Below are positions 37,915-51,294 of a DNA stretch of 64,000 bases, in pieces. Within the stretch, counting starts at the first letter, position 1. Each line of letters begins with the position of its first letter. The stretch comes from Octopus bimaculoides (lineage: Eukaryota): positions 192,962,588 to 193,026,587 of the forward strand of contig NC_068981.1 of assembly GCF_001194135.2 (NCBI RefSeq). Direction: 5' to 3'. The translations under genes and the position numbers were made by a program. The notes beneath the pieces are model-generated. The model saw only the letters and a list, made by a program, of their open reading frames with translations, did no database searches and had not been told where the DNA came from.

Positions 37915-38692
37915 TTAGACTGGTGAGGCCCCAAAGTAATATAAAGCTTGGAGGATCCTTCTTATATAAGAAAATTTCCATCAGAAGATCTCATCAATAC
38001 TGAAAATGTATATTCCTTTGAATTATTGCAAGGCCAGCCTTAAGCTGTAGTTTGTTTAACTTATGCCTAAATCTAGCCTTGGTTACTGATGCTCTTGAAT
38101 GATATACAAGCATCACTCATTAGTCATTGCCCTGCATGACAAAGCTCAGGCTCTGTGCCAATGCCAGGCAACAGCTATGACACAATATCAATGAAACAAA
38201 CAACATTATTACATCTACAGCTTTGTTGTTGACAATGCGTGTAGGTGTAAGTTCGATAGATGAGGAGTCACATAACAGCTTCAAAACGATTTGACTATAA
38301 AGAGAGATTTGTGGCAAATTGAAAGAAATGTTTAATGCACAGTGTAGATCCGAGAAGAATTATTTGCATAAAAGCTACTCAAGTTAAACTGGTGAGAGAT
38401 CAGTTGTTTGGAGTTTAATCAGACCAATAGTTCAAACTTATAATCATGTGAGTTATGTTGTTGAAAAATAAGGAAGTCAATTAGATTAGAATGGTTGTGG
38501 GTCTATAGGCAATGTTAGGTTAGAAGTAGGTAGAAGTAGGTAGAAGTACTGGAACAGGGCTTATTTTTAGAGAGAACTACATGGATATATAGACGTGTGT
38601 GTGTGTGTGTGTGTGTGTTTTGCTTCTGCTTGTATGTGATTATTGTTGTTGTTGTTGTGTGTATGTGCCTGCTATTTGAATTTGTGCTTCTG

Positions 38693-38740
<48 letters not shown>

Positions 38741-39199
38741 TGTTCTTTCAGAATGACTGCTTGTTGTTTTGGACTCTGCGCGCGCGTGTGTGTGTGTGTG
38801 TGTGTGCGTGTTGTGTGTTAGGTTTGGGTGTGTGTGTGCGTGTTGTGTGTTAGGTTTGGGTGTGTGTGCGTGTTTATATTTGTGAGTTTATATTTGTGTG
38901 CATGTTGTGGTTTTGCCTAAAGTCCACCTTGACTAAGTAGACTTATGTCCAAAGACGTTCCAGCTACGACCATCCTGATTGTTCTTTTCAGGCATTGTTT
39001 ATAAACAATTATCTTTATTCTTTCTTTCCGTCTTTTTTTTTTGTAGAATGTAGAGTAGTGTTTCTTGTGGGTATGTGGTGGTGGGGATCAGGATAGAAGG
39101 AGGTAGTGGAACAGGGGGGAAACATATTGCCATCTTTGATAATATTGCAACTGATTTTAAACTTGTTCAAGATCATGGCAAAGAAAGAATTACATGAAT

Positions 39200-40870
39200 G
39201 CAATTTTGTCTTCTCCTTAATAGAGGAGGGGCGTGGCGGGGAAAGGATAAGAATTTAACTTTTTTTTTGAGGGGATCTGAAATTTCATATTCTGAAATCC
39301 ACTGCTTTAGGGTGTTATTTGAGGGGTGTTTGGCTGCTATTTATAGCATGTCGAGCGACCGCATATCTGTTTGTGGTATAACTGTATATGGATCTCGGTT
39401 AGAATTTCTGACCATAGGTGTTCAGTTGTTTGATCAACTAAATTACCAAGCTTGTCAAATAAGCGTATAAAAAGCTGAATATTCCACAGACAGGTATCCC
39501 ATTAATACTGTTTTCATGCCGAATCAGAATAATAAAACTGGACCTTTGCATTATTGGTACAATCCATCCGACGGGCTTTTAAATAGTTTTTGTTTACCAA
39601 ATTCCATTCACAACATAGAAACCAATTCGAAGCTATAGAAAAGTAACACTTCTCCATGATGCCATGCAAAGAAATCGAAACCAAAACCTCATGATTGCGA
39701 AGCGAACTTCTCAACCATTCGAGCACGTATTTACGTTTGAATGTTTGCGTATGCACGCGTGTGTGCTCACTAGGTCTATGTATGTGAGTATTTGAGCATG
39801 TATGAGTGCATATGCGTGCATTATATACCTACACGTGCATGCGTGTATACACGAGTGTGTGAATATATGCAGTTAAGCGTGCTTCAGTGTACGGCTGTAT
39901 CTGTGAATGTGCGTACCTTTTCGTGTGTAAGATATAGATGTGCGCGCGCGTGTGTGCATGCAGGTATGTTATGTGACGAAGTGGAAAAAGACAGAGAGAA
40001 GGGGAGAGGAGAATTGATTCTTAGACTAGAACTGAAAAATAACGGTGAATGCAGTGGGGGGGGGGATCTGCTAAGTTAAGAAAGTTAGTGAAGTTTCCAG
40101 TCATTCAGTGAAGTCCAGTTGTGACCAGTGAGCGCATCCAACTAAGCTATGATGATGGTGGTGGTGGTGGTGGTGGTGGTGTTAAAATGGCTAAGTTGGT
40201 TAGATTGATGAAAGACACACGAGGAGAACCTACCTAAGATGTCATCCCTGAAGCGAAACTACCAGTAAAGAGTCCACATAAAGCGACGAAAAGTTACTGC
40301 CAAGAGAGGCAGCCTTTCGCCGAGGAAAGGCTGTAAGAGGGAGCTTCGAGGTGGGATGTCGAAAAACTGAAGGCTGAGAGATGGAGGAGAGAGAGAAAAA
40401 GAGAGAGAGACAGAGACAGAGAGAGAGGGGGAAGTGGAGGGCGAGAATAGAACTGCGAATATTTCTGAAAAGTGTAGGAGGAAGAAGAAAAAAACTGAGA
40501 TTAGACTCATATTTGACGTTTAACATCCGGGATAGTGTGTGTATATTACTAGTTGGTGTACCCTGTGTGTGTGTGTGTGTGTGTGTGCGTGAGAGAGAGA
40601 GAGAGAGAAGTGAGGGGGTGTTAGAGAGAGAGAAAGGGAGAGGAGGAGGAAGATTGTAATAAAGATACAGAAATTCTGAGGAAGAATACACGACGGAATG
40701 AAGAGAGACAGTAGCAGCTGAGACAGGCAGACGAGAGATTTTCGCACGCACACACACGCATACACACACACACATAAACACACACACATACACACTCGCA
40801 AACTTTTAGTTCTACCAACTTCTGTAACAGATCTTCTCTCAGTTTGTCTTACTCCCCCTCCCCCGTATCT
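39200..40870. promoter_or_regulatory. CpG-enriched, probably unmethylated segment; candidate promoter or non-coding first exon
   Basis: CpG is visibly more frequent than in the flanks; GC-box-like GGGGCGTGGCGGGG at ~39226; (GA)/(CT)-rich tracts; minus-strand donor AG|GTAGGT at 40234/40233. Direction is uncertain. Confidence 0.45.
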
Positions 40871-42145
40871 TGTTTTCCATCCCACTTCACCTCATCACCT
40901 CCACCCCTATCACTTCCCTCCCTCCTTCTCTCTCATATCTCTTTTCTGCTTTCATTTCTCCTCTCACTTCTTTTGCTTTTCCCCCCGTCCCCCCTCTCTC
41001 TTCCCCCTCCCTTTATCTTTCATTCCATGGACAGGTTTTAAAAATTCAAGATTTTCCTTTCAAAAACTTTCCACTCAGTGCAATATCTCTATATTCCCCT
41101 GACTTTAAATCTTTAATTCTCCATTATTGTGGTTAATTAGTGTCTGGTGGATAATTATTGCAGACAATTAGTGCCAGGAGAGACTGGAATGGAAGTTGAT
41201 GATTGGTGCCAGGTGAGGTTTCTTGATATCAGGTGAAATGTAGTAGACAAAGAAAAAAAATGATAATTTTAAAAACTGATCAAGAAACGGACTGGTCGAC
41301 ATTTTTTGAATTACAGAATTGTGGTTTCTGCATTCTTTTAACAGAAAATTTATAGAGATTTTGTGTTCTATACCATTTTAAGAAACAAATATGGTTGGTG
41401 TTAGGGAAGGGCATCTAGCTGTAAAACCCAAGCCAAAATAAACTATGGAATCTGGTGCAGACCCTGAACTTGTCAGCTCCTGTCAAGCCATCCAACCTGT
41501 ACCAACATGGAAAACGGACATATGATGATGATGACAGCAATGATGATGACAGCAATGATGATGATGATGACGATGTGATGATGGTGTGATGATGATGAAA
41601 ATGATGAAGAAATAGTCTAAATTATTTTGGTGTTTTCCACTTTTTTTAAAGGACAGACATATGTTAATGAAAAAAATTCAAATATTTTGCTGTTTTCCAT
41701 CTTTTTAGGTTTGTAAAATAGCTTCAATTATAAATTTAAAATCAAGTTCATATAAACATATAGACTTGGTGAGACTCTAAGCTACCAAAAGCATGGGGTC
41801 CCCTTGTTCAAAATTTAAAAGCAGAAGGTCTTCCAAAAATTAAAAATGTGTTTTTGAATAATTTTAGGTGCCTGATGATGATGAGGGCCTTAAACTGTAG
41901 CCTATTTAGTTTAATTTGCCTTAACCCAGCATTGGTTGAGGCCCTTTCACCTCATTTTATGATGCTTTGGATTCATACATAGCAAGTATTCAATAAATTC
42001 AGACATGCCATAAATCCTTCTGCAATTCCATGCCAATATAATTATTTTCTAACATTAAATGTGGTCGAGTTGTTAGAGCATTGGATACAAGGTTTTGTGG
42101 TATTAGTTCTGATTCTCTACATTCTGAGTTCAAGTCCTGTAAAGG

Positions 42146-42289
42146 CAATAGCATAGCTAAGAGGAGAGATGGGGACAGTCTGCCCTGGGTGATGCTTTTA
42201 TGGGGGTGGCACTTCTGGGTCTGCTAGGGTGGAGAGTGACAAACTCAAAGGCTGCTGTGGGTGGAACACACTCTCTCTCTACATCACTA
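42146..42289. mobile_element. Short hAT-like MITE inserted in a SINE
   Basis: Decayed CAGTGGCGTAGC-type ends (caatagcatagc / ctacatcacta) split a SINE between 'gttcaagtcctgtaaagg' and 'accaactttgc'. Confidence 0.5.
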
Positions 42290-45200
42290 CACAGAGACCA
42301 ACTTTGCTTTTAATTCTTTTGGAGTTGATAGAAAAGAGTACCAATCAAGTACAGGGTTTGATGGTATAATTTTAGACTAGAAACAATTTATTCCACTAGG
42401 TGTTCTAGATCAAGGCTGTGGCCATGCTGAAGCACTTCTTTTCATAAATTGCATAACTAATGGTGGATCAATTTTAATAACAGAGAACCTCCCCCTCTCG
42501 GGAGAAGTACTATACTGTATCTACAGTCAATCAGAAATTGGGAAAATATTCAGTAATTAGTAAAACACTTGGAAGAAAACTAAGAGAAGCTGCTATAAAA
42601 GAGTTAGATGTCTGAGAACTGTTATTGTTAATGCAATTATAATTTTTCACCTGCAAAGATGAACATTTAACGAAAAAATATTTACATAAATACATTTCAA
42701 GCTGTTTCATTCTTGACCCCCATTAGGTGTCTTTATTGCATTGCATTGCATTGCATCAGACTGGTATCATCAGTGGATAAGATTATTAATCGGAATTTAG
42801 AAATATAGGTTCTTAGTTCAAAGTCTGTTTGGTTCTATGTACATATCTAGGAATAAGGCTCTTGATAACAATCAAAGAGCAGAGTATTTGAAGCATGGTG
42901 TAGATATTGGTATCAATGGTGGTGGGTCAACAGTAGCTTATATCAATGACATGTGCCAGTCATTAGCTGTCAGGACACTGCATTCTTCAAAAATTCCATG
43001 CTTCTCATAAAATTCGCCAAAACTACTCCTGACAAGCTTGTACACCTCTTTTCTTTATGACTCTCTTAATGTTCACTTCTGTCCTTTTGTGCACACATGC
43101 TTCTAGTCTTAATTGCAGTCTTTCTTAACTTGAATAATATATCTGCTTTCTGTTCACTCTTTTAACCTTTTCTGACACAGTCTAATGCACCTGAACACTG
43201 TACACAATAACCATGTCATCATCATCATCATCGTCATCATTATTAAGGCAGTGCACTGGCAGAATTGTTATGCATCAGGTGAAATGCTTAGAGACATTTC
43301 TTACAGTTTTACATTTGAAGTTCAAATTCTAGAGATGAAATAAATACCAGTTGAGTTCTGAGGCTGATATAATTGATGCTCCCCACCAAGTATCAGGCCT
43401 CATGCCTATAGCAGAAAGAATTGTTATTATTATTAATTTTGTGAGAAAACCATTTACAGTTTCCTTTCTTATATCAAAAAGTATTAGTCTGTCTTGAAAA
43501 TGCTGCATAAAACTGGTTAATGCTAACAAATGCTGTTTGAAACTGTCCTAATATTTTAAAAGTTACAACTGTTGCCATTTTCTAGAATGTGCCTCTGTCT
43601 GTCCTTTTGGGTTCTGACAATGTCTTTACAGATTTGGCCATACACCATTCCAATTATGCCAATTACCAATAGGACAATGGATCATTTGTTAACTGCTATT
43701 AATTCAACAGCTTAGTATAATTTTGTCTTTGAAGCATAGAATTGGAATACATCTAAACCTTTATACTTTGCACAGTTATCATTTAGCTTGTACTTTTTTT
43801 TTTTTTTTGGTTTCTTCATATCACCTTATTACACTAATCAGCCCCCTCTCCACCAATTGATTTCTTCTAAGTATTCCTCTACTCCTGCTGTTGTTACATT
43901 ATAGTAGATCTTTATTTGTATCATACCATACCTTCCCTGTATGCAAGATAGATATAACCAACTATAGAATAGTGACCTTGGTACACTGTTAGTAGTTTTC
44001 TAGTTTCTGACTGAGCTCTTCCATTCACATAATCTATTTCTGTGTGTTGTATTTTTTATCAGTTTCATCTGTTCCTCTGTACAGCTCTGTTCTGATTCTC
44101 TGATGTCAGTGTCTTGATAGAATTTATCTGTTCTCAACTTTAATTAATTTACATCTTCTTAGGGCAGCTTTGGCACATTTGTCTAATCCCTATTAATTCA
44201 CCTCAGGTGATTTAATTGACAATCTTAGTAGATTCCCCAGCCAGTTGCTGTTTGTAAAACAAACAGTTTTCTTAAAGTTCAGAGATGACAGTTCAGTGTT
44301 TGTCTATGACATTTATAACTGCTGATGGGTTTTAGCCATCAAATGTGTTAATATTGAGTCAGAGCTAGGCAAAAGAGTAGAGCAGATAAGGAGTCTCTCT
44401 AAAACATTTCTCTTCCTGCATATATAGGATTGTTTCGTTTTGTTCTAATAATCTCTTTGCTTTGCAGTAATACGATCATTTTCCATTTCAACATGGCATG
44501 GTTGATGTACCGCTGCTTTAATTATATTTACTGTCTCCAATATCAAAGAGTGTATTATGCTATCAAATGCTATAAGCTAATTAATTTATGCCATGATAAA
44601 ATTTTCTCATTTTGCTGTCTGCAATAATTACCCGATTTACAAGTAACTTCATTTCATGTGTCTACTCCTATTTCACTGTTTGTCTGCTAAGGTGCTATTA
44701 ATTTCTAGATGAACAGCAGTACGCCTGTTAAAGGCTATAGATTTAAGGGCTTTGTATATTGTCGGTGAAGGAATTGTAAGTGTGTAAGTTTTGAGTGGGG
44801 GTTCTCTTTGTGTTTTGTGAATCAATAGGCAATCATATCGTAACAATTCAAATGTTGATTCTGACCACCACCGCCACTGCTGCCACCACCACCACCACTA
44901 CCACTACCACTACCATTATTATCATCATTTAACGCCCCTGTTCTATGGTGGCATGGGTTGGATAGTTTGACAGGATCTGACAAGTCCAAAGACTGCATCA
45001 TGCTTCGCTGTCAGCTTTGGCATGGTTTCTATGACTGAATGACCCCCCTAGTGCCAACCACTCAACAGCATGTACTGGATGCTTTTTATCATGACACCAC
45101 CAGCACTATCAAAGTTACCATGGAGTTTGACTGAGTGGGGCTAAAATAGAGAAGACAATCATGCTATGGTTAATAAAGGGTTAAAGTGAGATACAAGGGG

Positions 45201-45554
45201 CCAGGAAAAACCTGTTTTCTTGCAGTAGGGGCACTACATGACTCCCCACATTATAGAAGTGTTCTGTTTACTAATTTACTGAATGGTGCTGCTACAAGTT
45301 CACAAACCAGTTAGTTATTTCAACCTCAAATTAGAGTCAGAGTGAATTCCAGAGGTTTTCCAGTGGTTTACAATTTTTATTTTTTTTCCAAATGCCTCAC
45401 AAATTGCACTGTATCATATATATGAAATTTTTATCTTTTCTTATCTCTTACACTTCAATTCATTACACTGTTTTCTTTTGTAAATCATCTTATTGAATTC
45501 TGTTTGTTTCTCATTTTCTCCTAAAATAAATATCTTTTGATGTTTTTGAATTTT

Positions 45555-46090
45555 GGGCCTCACAGAGGCAATGACTAGTGACTTAGACCTTTGGTGATAT
45601 GCTGTGCTTGAGAAAACCTGTCAAGCCAAGTGAAATCATAGTTGTAGCTGATGCTGGTGTCACATAAATGGCACACGTGCCAGTGGCATGTAAAAAGCAC
45701 CTTTTAAGCATTGGGTCTCATGGAGGCAAAGTGGTAATGCTGCTGGTATGTGAAAAGCTCCTTTTGTGTGTTGGGCCTCACGGAGGCAATGACCAAGACC
45801 TTTGGCATTATGTCGTGCTTGAGAAGAAAACCCATCAAGCCAAGTAAAATCACAGTCATGGCAGATACCGATGTCACGCAAATGGCACCTGTGCCAGTGG
45901 CATGTAAAAGCACCGATTACACTCTTGGAGTGATTGGTGATAGGAAGAGCATCCAGCAGTAGAAACCATGCCAAGTCAGACTGGAATCTGGTGCAGCGTT
46001 CGAGCTTGCTAGCCCTGGTCAAATTGTCCAACCCATGGCAGCATGGACAACAGATGCTAAATGATGATGATGATGATGATAATGATGATG
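45555..46090 (+). mobile_element. RTE LINE 3' end with (GAT)n tail
   Basis: LGLTEAMTSDLDLW*YAVLEK; partly duplicated internal block; shared 3' tail. Confidence 0.82.
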
Positions 46091-46530
46091 TTGTTGAATC
46101 ATCATTGTTCCATGTTTTCTCCCAAAATGTCTGAATGTTTGTTAATATTACCTGTATCATCCAATGATCCCTATGTTCTTCCAATATCTGAATGTCTGCT
46201 GATATTACTTATTGAAGTAAGCTAAACAAGATTAACAATGAAATATGATATATATATATATATGCATAAATAAGGGATCAGCAACAGTTGCTTCACCACA
46301 TACCGAAATTTAGAAATAGCAGTTAAAGTGCTAATTCTAAAATAAGTCTCCAACAGATAGCAATATATATATGCATATGTAAATGTTTGTGTGTGTGTCC
46401 ATGAATGTGCATATATATATTAAACGATAAGATGATGATACATGTATATCTTATCATCTCATCATTTAGTGTCTGTTTTCCATGCTGGCATGAGTTGGAC
46501 TACACACACACACACACATATGCACATGTA

Positions 46531-46584
<54 letters not shown>

Positions 46585-46590
46585 TTTATA

Positions 46591-47071
46591 GGGAGACAAG
46601 CAGACAGAAGCAAGAGAGGAAGGACAGAGACGTTATAGTGATTCTTTGTTAATTAGCCACATCCATTCCTTCTTCAAATTAAACACTCCTTAATTTCGAA
46701 TCTAGAGTGAGTCAATGCAGTCATCCCACCCTCGTCAGTGGCCATGTGATTCAACACCTGGAAAAAAGACTGTTGCCCTTCCTCATCTGCCTAAGCAATG
46801 AGAGAAAAATGTAGAGACCATAGGGCCTCCAAGACTTGGTAGGAACGAGGAATGATGTTATCTTCAGACTAGGGTGGACTTTGCTAAAAGCACCCAAGAA
46901 CCAGGTGTTGAATCACATGGCCACTGACTAGGGTGGAGTAACTGTATTGACTCACTCTAGATTCGAAATTAAGAAGTGTTTAATTTGAAGAAAGAATTGA
47001 TGTGGCTAATTAACAAAGAATCACTCTAACATCTCTGTCCTTCCTCCCTTACTTCTGTCTTTCTGTCTCCC
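46591..47071. mobile_element. Foldback/MITE-like element with 171-bp terminal inverted repeats
   Basis: 46591-46761 is the reverse complement of 46901-47071 (15 mismatches by hand); 139-bp spacer; GGG..CCC termini; TATA on both flanks. Confidence 0.88.
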
Positions 47072-48991
47072 TATATATTCCCTCTACCACTCTCTCTCTT
47101 CCCCTTACACCGGCATGGTCACATGCTTCCGGTCAATAATCCTTTTCTTCCTTGGCTATCGCCGAGCAAACACGCGAACTTACTTCGTCCCCACTTTCAA
47201 GTTCGTGCCTCACAGCGTTCATACACACATAATTTTTCCCGTCTGGCCATATAGCCTTTTCCGTTTGTTTTCCTGTCTTGTTTGTTGTCCACCACTACAT
47301 TCCTCCATGGCAAGGTTTAATTTGTGTATACAAATTTAATTTGTGGTCCATGGGAAGAGCCGTTTTAATGATGCGTTCTACCCAGCTCTTCGAAACGCCG
47401 GTGTTAAAANNNNNNNNNNNNNNNNNNNNNNNNNNNNNNNNNNNNNNNNNNNNNNNNNNNNNNNNNNNNNNNNNNNNNNNNNNNNNNNNNNNNNNNNNNN
47501 NNNNNNNNNNNNNNNNNNNNNNNNNNNNNNNNNNNNNNNNNNNNNNNNNNNNNNNNNNNNNNNNNNNNNNNNNNNNNNNNNNNNNNNNNNNNNNNNNNNN
47601 NNNNNNNNNNNNNNNNNNNNNNNNNNNNNNNNNNNNNNNNNNNNNNNNNNNNNNNNNNNNNNNNNNNNNNNNNNNNNNNNNNNNNNNNNNNNNNNNNNNN
47701 NNNNNNNNNNNNNNNNNNNNNNNNNNNNNNNNNNNNNNNNNNNNNNNNNNNNNNNNNNNNNNNNNNNNNNNNNNNNNNNNNNNNNNNNNNNNNNNATATA
47801 TATATATATATATATATAGGTGCAGGTGTGGCTACATGATAAGAACCTTGTATATACATTCATACTTACATACATACATATATATATATAAATAAAGTAG
47901 TATCATTACCGTTATATATAGTAATAATAATTGATATTGAAATATGCATTACTTACTAACGTATTCAAAGCAAAGGTAAGCCTATTTCTGAAATGTTCAT
48001 TGCATTGCTTGTGTGTATCTTTATCATAATTTTTATGGTGGTTTTTGGATCTATGGCTCTGATTTTAGCAAGTGGTATCATATACCCTGCCTAGTCTGAA
48101 ATTACATATATATATACTTATATGCATATGCCAGATCAGATTGGAGCCTGGTGCAGCCTTCTGGCTTGCTAGTCCTCAGTCAAACCATCCAACCTATGCA
48201 TGGAAAGCGGATGTTAAATGACAACAATGATGATGATAATGATGATAAAGGAATCCTCAAATGTAGAATAACTGTGAAAATGGCTTAGAGGATCAGTAAG
48301 TTCCCTTAGAAAATGGGAGTGGAGGGGAGGAGCAGAAAGTCTCTACTTTGAATCAAACCCTGTACTCCTCAAATTCCAGATAAGTGCACTGTACCATCAC
48401 ACTAAGCAATCCCTAACATAAAGTACTATCTTTAACAATGCTAAATATCTTAAAGTCACTAAAATATTATGATTTGTTAAAATTATTCCTTTTTTTTAAT
48501 CACTTAAAGCTATGCCACTTTTTTTGTAGTTAATATTTTTTGATGAGCTTTTCACTATAACGCTCATCACATAGAGCTCTTTCATTTGAATACAACTACA
48601 GTATAATTTTCTTTAACAATAGCTGAGATATTTGTGGGGTGGTTACTTACCACTTTTTGTCATGCAACATTTTTCCTAGCTAATACTTTTTAGTGAGGTT
48701 TTCACTAAAAAATTCTTCTCAATGACCACATTCTTTTAATTACAATTAATGTATGCTCTTTTTTTTAAATTACTGAATTTTTCACATTACTCTCCTATTT
48801 TTGACCTCACACATTTTGACTTAACTTCTTTTTTGAATGAACAAAATATCAGATATTTGATCTCAAAATGTAGCTGAAAAACCACATTCAAATTTGCTGA
48901 GAAATGATTTAGCAATGATATCAAGAAGTGCTTGCTAGTAACTAAAAGTTGACCATAATATATTCACCCACTGCCATGGGTGAACGATATA

Positions 48992-49042
<51 letters not shown>

Positions 49043-49496
49043 TTATATATATATATATATATATATATATNNNNNNNNNNNNNNNNNNNNNNNNNNNNNN
49101 NNNNNNNNNNNNNNNNNNNNNNNNNNNNNNNNNNNNNNNNNNNNNNNNNNNNNNNNNNNNNNNNNNNNNNNNNNNNNNNNNNNNNNNNNNNNNNNNNNNN
49201 NNNNNNNNNNNNNNNNNNNNNNNNNNNNNNNNNNNNNNNNNNNNNNNNNNNNNNNNNNNNNNNNNNNNNNNNNNNNNNNNNNNNNNNNNNNNNNNNNNNN
49301 NNNNNNNNNNNNNNNNNNNNNNNNNNNNNNNNNNNNNNNNNNNNNNNNNNNNNNNNNNNNNNNNNNNNNNNNNNNNNNNNNNNNNNNNNNNNNNNNNNNN
49401 NNNNNNNNNNNNNNNNNNNNNNNNNNNNNNNNNNNNNNNNNNNNNNNNNNNNNNNNNNNNNNNNNNNNNNNNNNNNNNNNNNNNNNNNNNNNNNNN

Positions 49497-49575
<79 letters not shown>

Positions 49576-49747
49576 GTGTGTGTGTATGTCCACTTTGCGA
49601 GGTGGTTAATGTTAGGAAGGGCATCTAACAGTAAAAATCATGCCAAAATAGACAGTGAAGTCTGGTACAGTCTTCTGCCTAGCCAGTTCCTGTCAAACCA
49701 TCCGATCCATGCCAGAATAGATAATAGATGTTAAATGATGATGATGA

Positions 49748-49821
<74 letters not shown>

Positions 49822-50059
49822 AGATAGGTTTCAGTTAGCCCAAGTCATGATTAACTTAAAAGCCCCATCTGGAGAACTCATTCAATCATGTTTCCTGTTA
49901 CAGTCATTTTCTGAGCACCAAACCCAACTTGATTAAAGAGTTATTGTTTGCAGAGATATATCTGGATGTTAGTGGTTTATCTGGAATTTGTTGGAGAATT
50001 TGTCAAGAAACTGTTTGAATGTTAAGGTTTCTTTTACTTCCCTTATGTGTCTTGGCATA

Positions 50060-51062
50060 ATGTTAAAGAGAGCAGGGCCATTTGAGGTGAAATAGTTGTC
50101 TTTGTGTTGTGATATGACACAAGCTCGATTTTGTAGAGGATCAAGACTTGAGTGAAATTTAAAACAGATGCCAGCATCATTAGGGCAATGTTAATTGAAT
50201 ATTTTCCACACCATACAAATAATACAGCATTCATGGCAGTGTTGGAGGGAATACAGTTTAAGCTTCATGAGCCAATCCCAGTTATTAAAACCTGTCATGT
50301 TGTTTATTATTTTTCTCTGTGATTGATCTCTGGGGTGCATTTTTTGTGATCGATATCTCTGGGGTTCTTCTATTATTATAATACTTTGTTTTATGTAGGG
50401 AGATCACAGTGGACGGTAGTACTCAAGACAATGATAGGTGAAAGTAGAGAGAAGGATAATGGTGGGAACACCCTAGACTGGAAAGTTCCAAGGATCCAGG
50501 AGTATGTTTGGCAGAGCATGTCAACTTCGTTGTTTATATGGACATTTAAGTTTAAGTTATTATTGACAGTGACCCTGAGGTCTCTAGCAGAATTTGATGC
50601 CATGAGGGTTTTGCTTGAGGGTAGAATGTATGGTACTTTAAGTGCATCCTAATTTCCAGGATGGATTAGTTCAAATGTATCCTTGTTCAACTGCATACTG
50701 TGATTTTTCACTTACTGGACAGCAGCAAGCAGATCCAATTGGAGATAAATCTAATCTCTTACTCTGTTGATGACCTTCAGAAGCTTAGAATCATCTTCAG
50801 AATTTCTTATGGTACTGTGTTTGATGTACATAATGAAAAGGAGTGGGTCCAACACAGTATCTTGTGGGACTTCACTAAATAACTCTTGCTCAACTTGATC
50901 ATACACCATCTATCACCGCATGCTCTGGTCTGTTTACCAACAAACAATCCACTTTAATAGTTTCCTGCAAATTCCAATATTGCGTGATTTTGTCAACAGG
51001 ATATTGTGACCAATTTGTGGAGGGCCTTGCTGATGTCAACGTATATGACATCAGTATAGGAG
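50060..51062 (-). mobile_element. Degenerate CR1/L2-group non-LTR retrotransposon RT (3' part)
   Basis: Minus strand, with frameshifts: DVIYVDISKA..GHNILLTKSRNIGICRKLLKWI..AVIDGV..EVPQDTVLDPLLFIMYI..DDSKLLK..MQLNKDTFELI..ARDLRVTVNNNLNLNVHIN..WDWLMKLKLYSLQ..CIICMVWKI. Confidence 0.88.
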
Positions 51063-51261
51063 CCTTTATATGTATATACATACACATACGTATACATGTA
51101 CATACATACATTTGTATGTATATACGTATGCAGTTGTTTAACAGTCCACAAGTCAGGACAAAAAAGTCTTCACATATTGGCCAATAAACTTAGCTCATCA
51201 TTGTCGTCGTCATCGTCGTCATCATCGTCGTCGGCGTCGTTGCCACCACCGTCACCATCGC

Positions 51262-51294
<33 letters not shown>

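Noticed and set aside
43628-43692. RFGHTP ankyrin-like peptide
   Set aside because: Five-residue resemblance only; the rest does not fit an ankyrin repeat.
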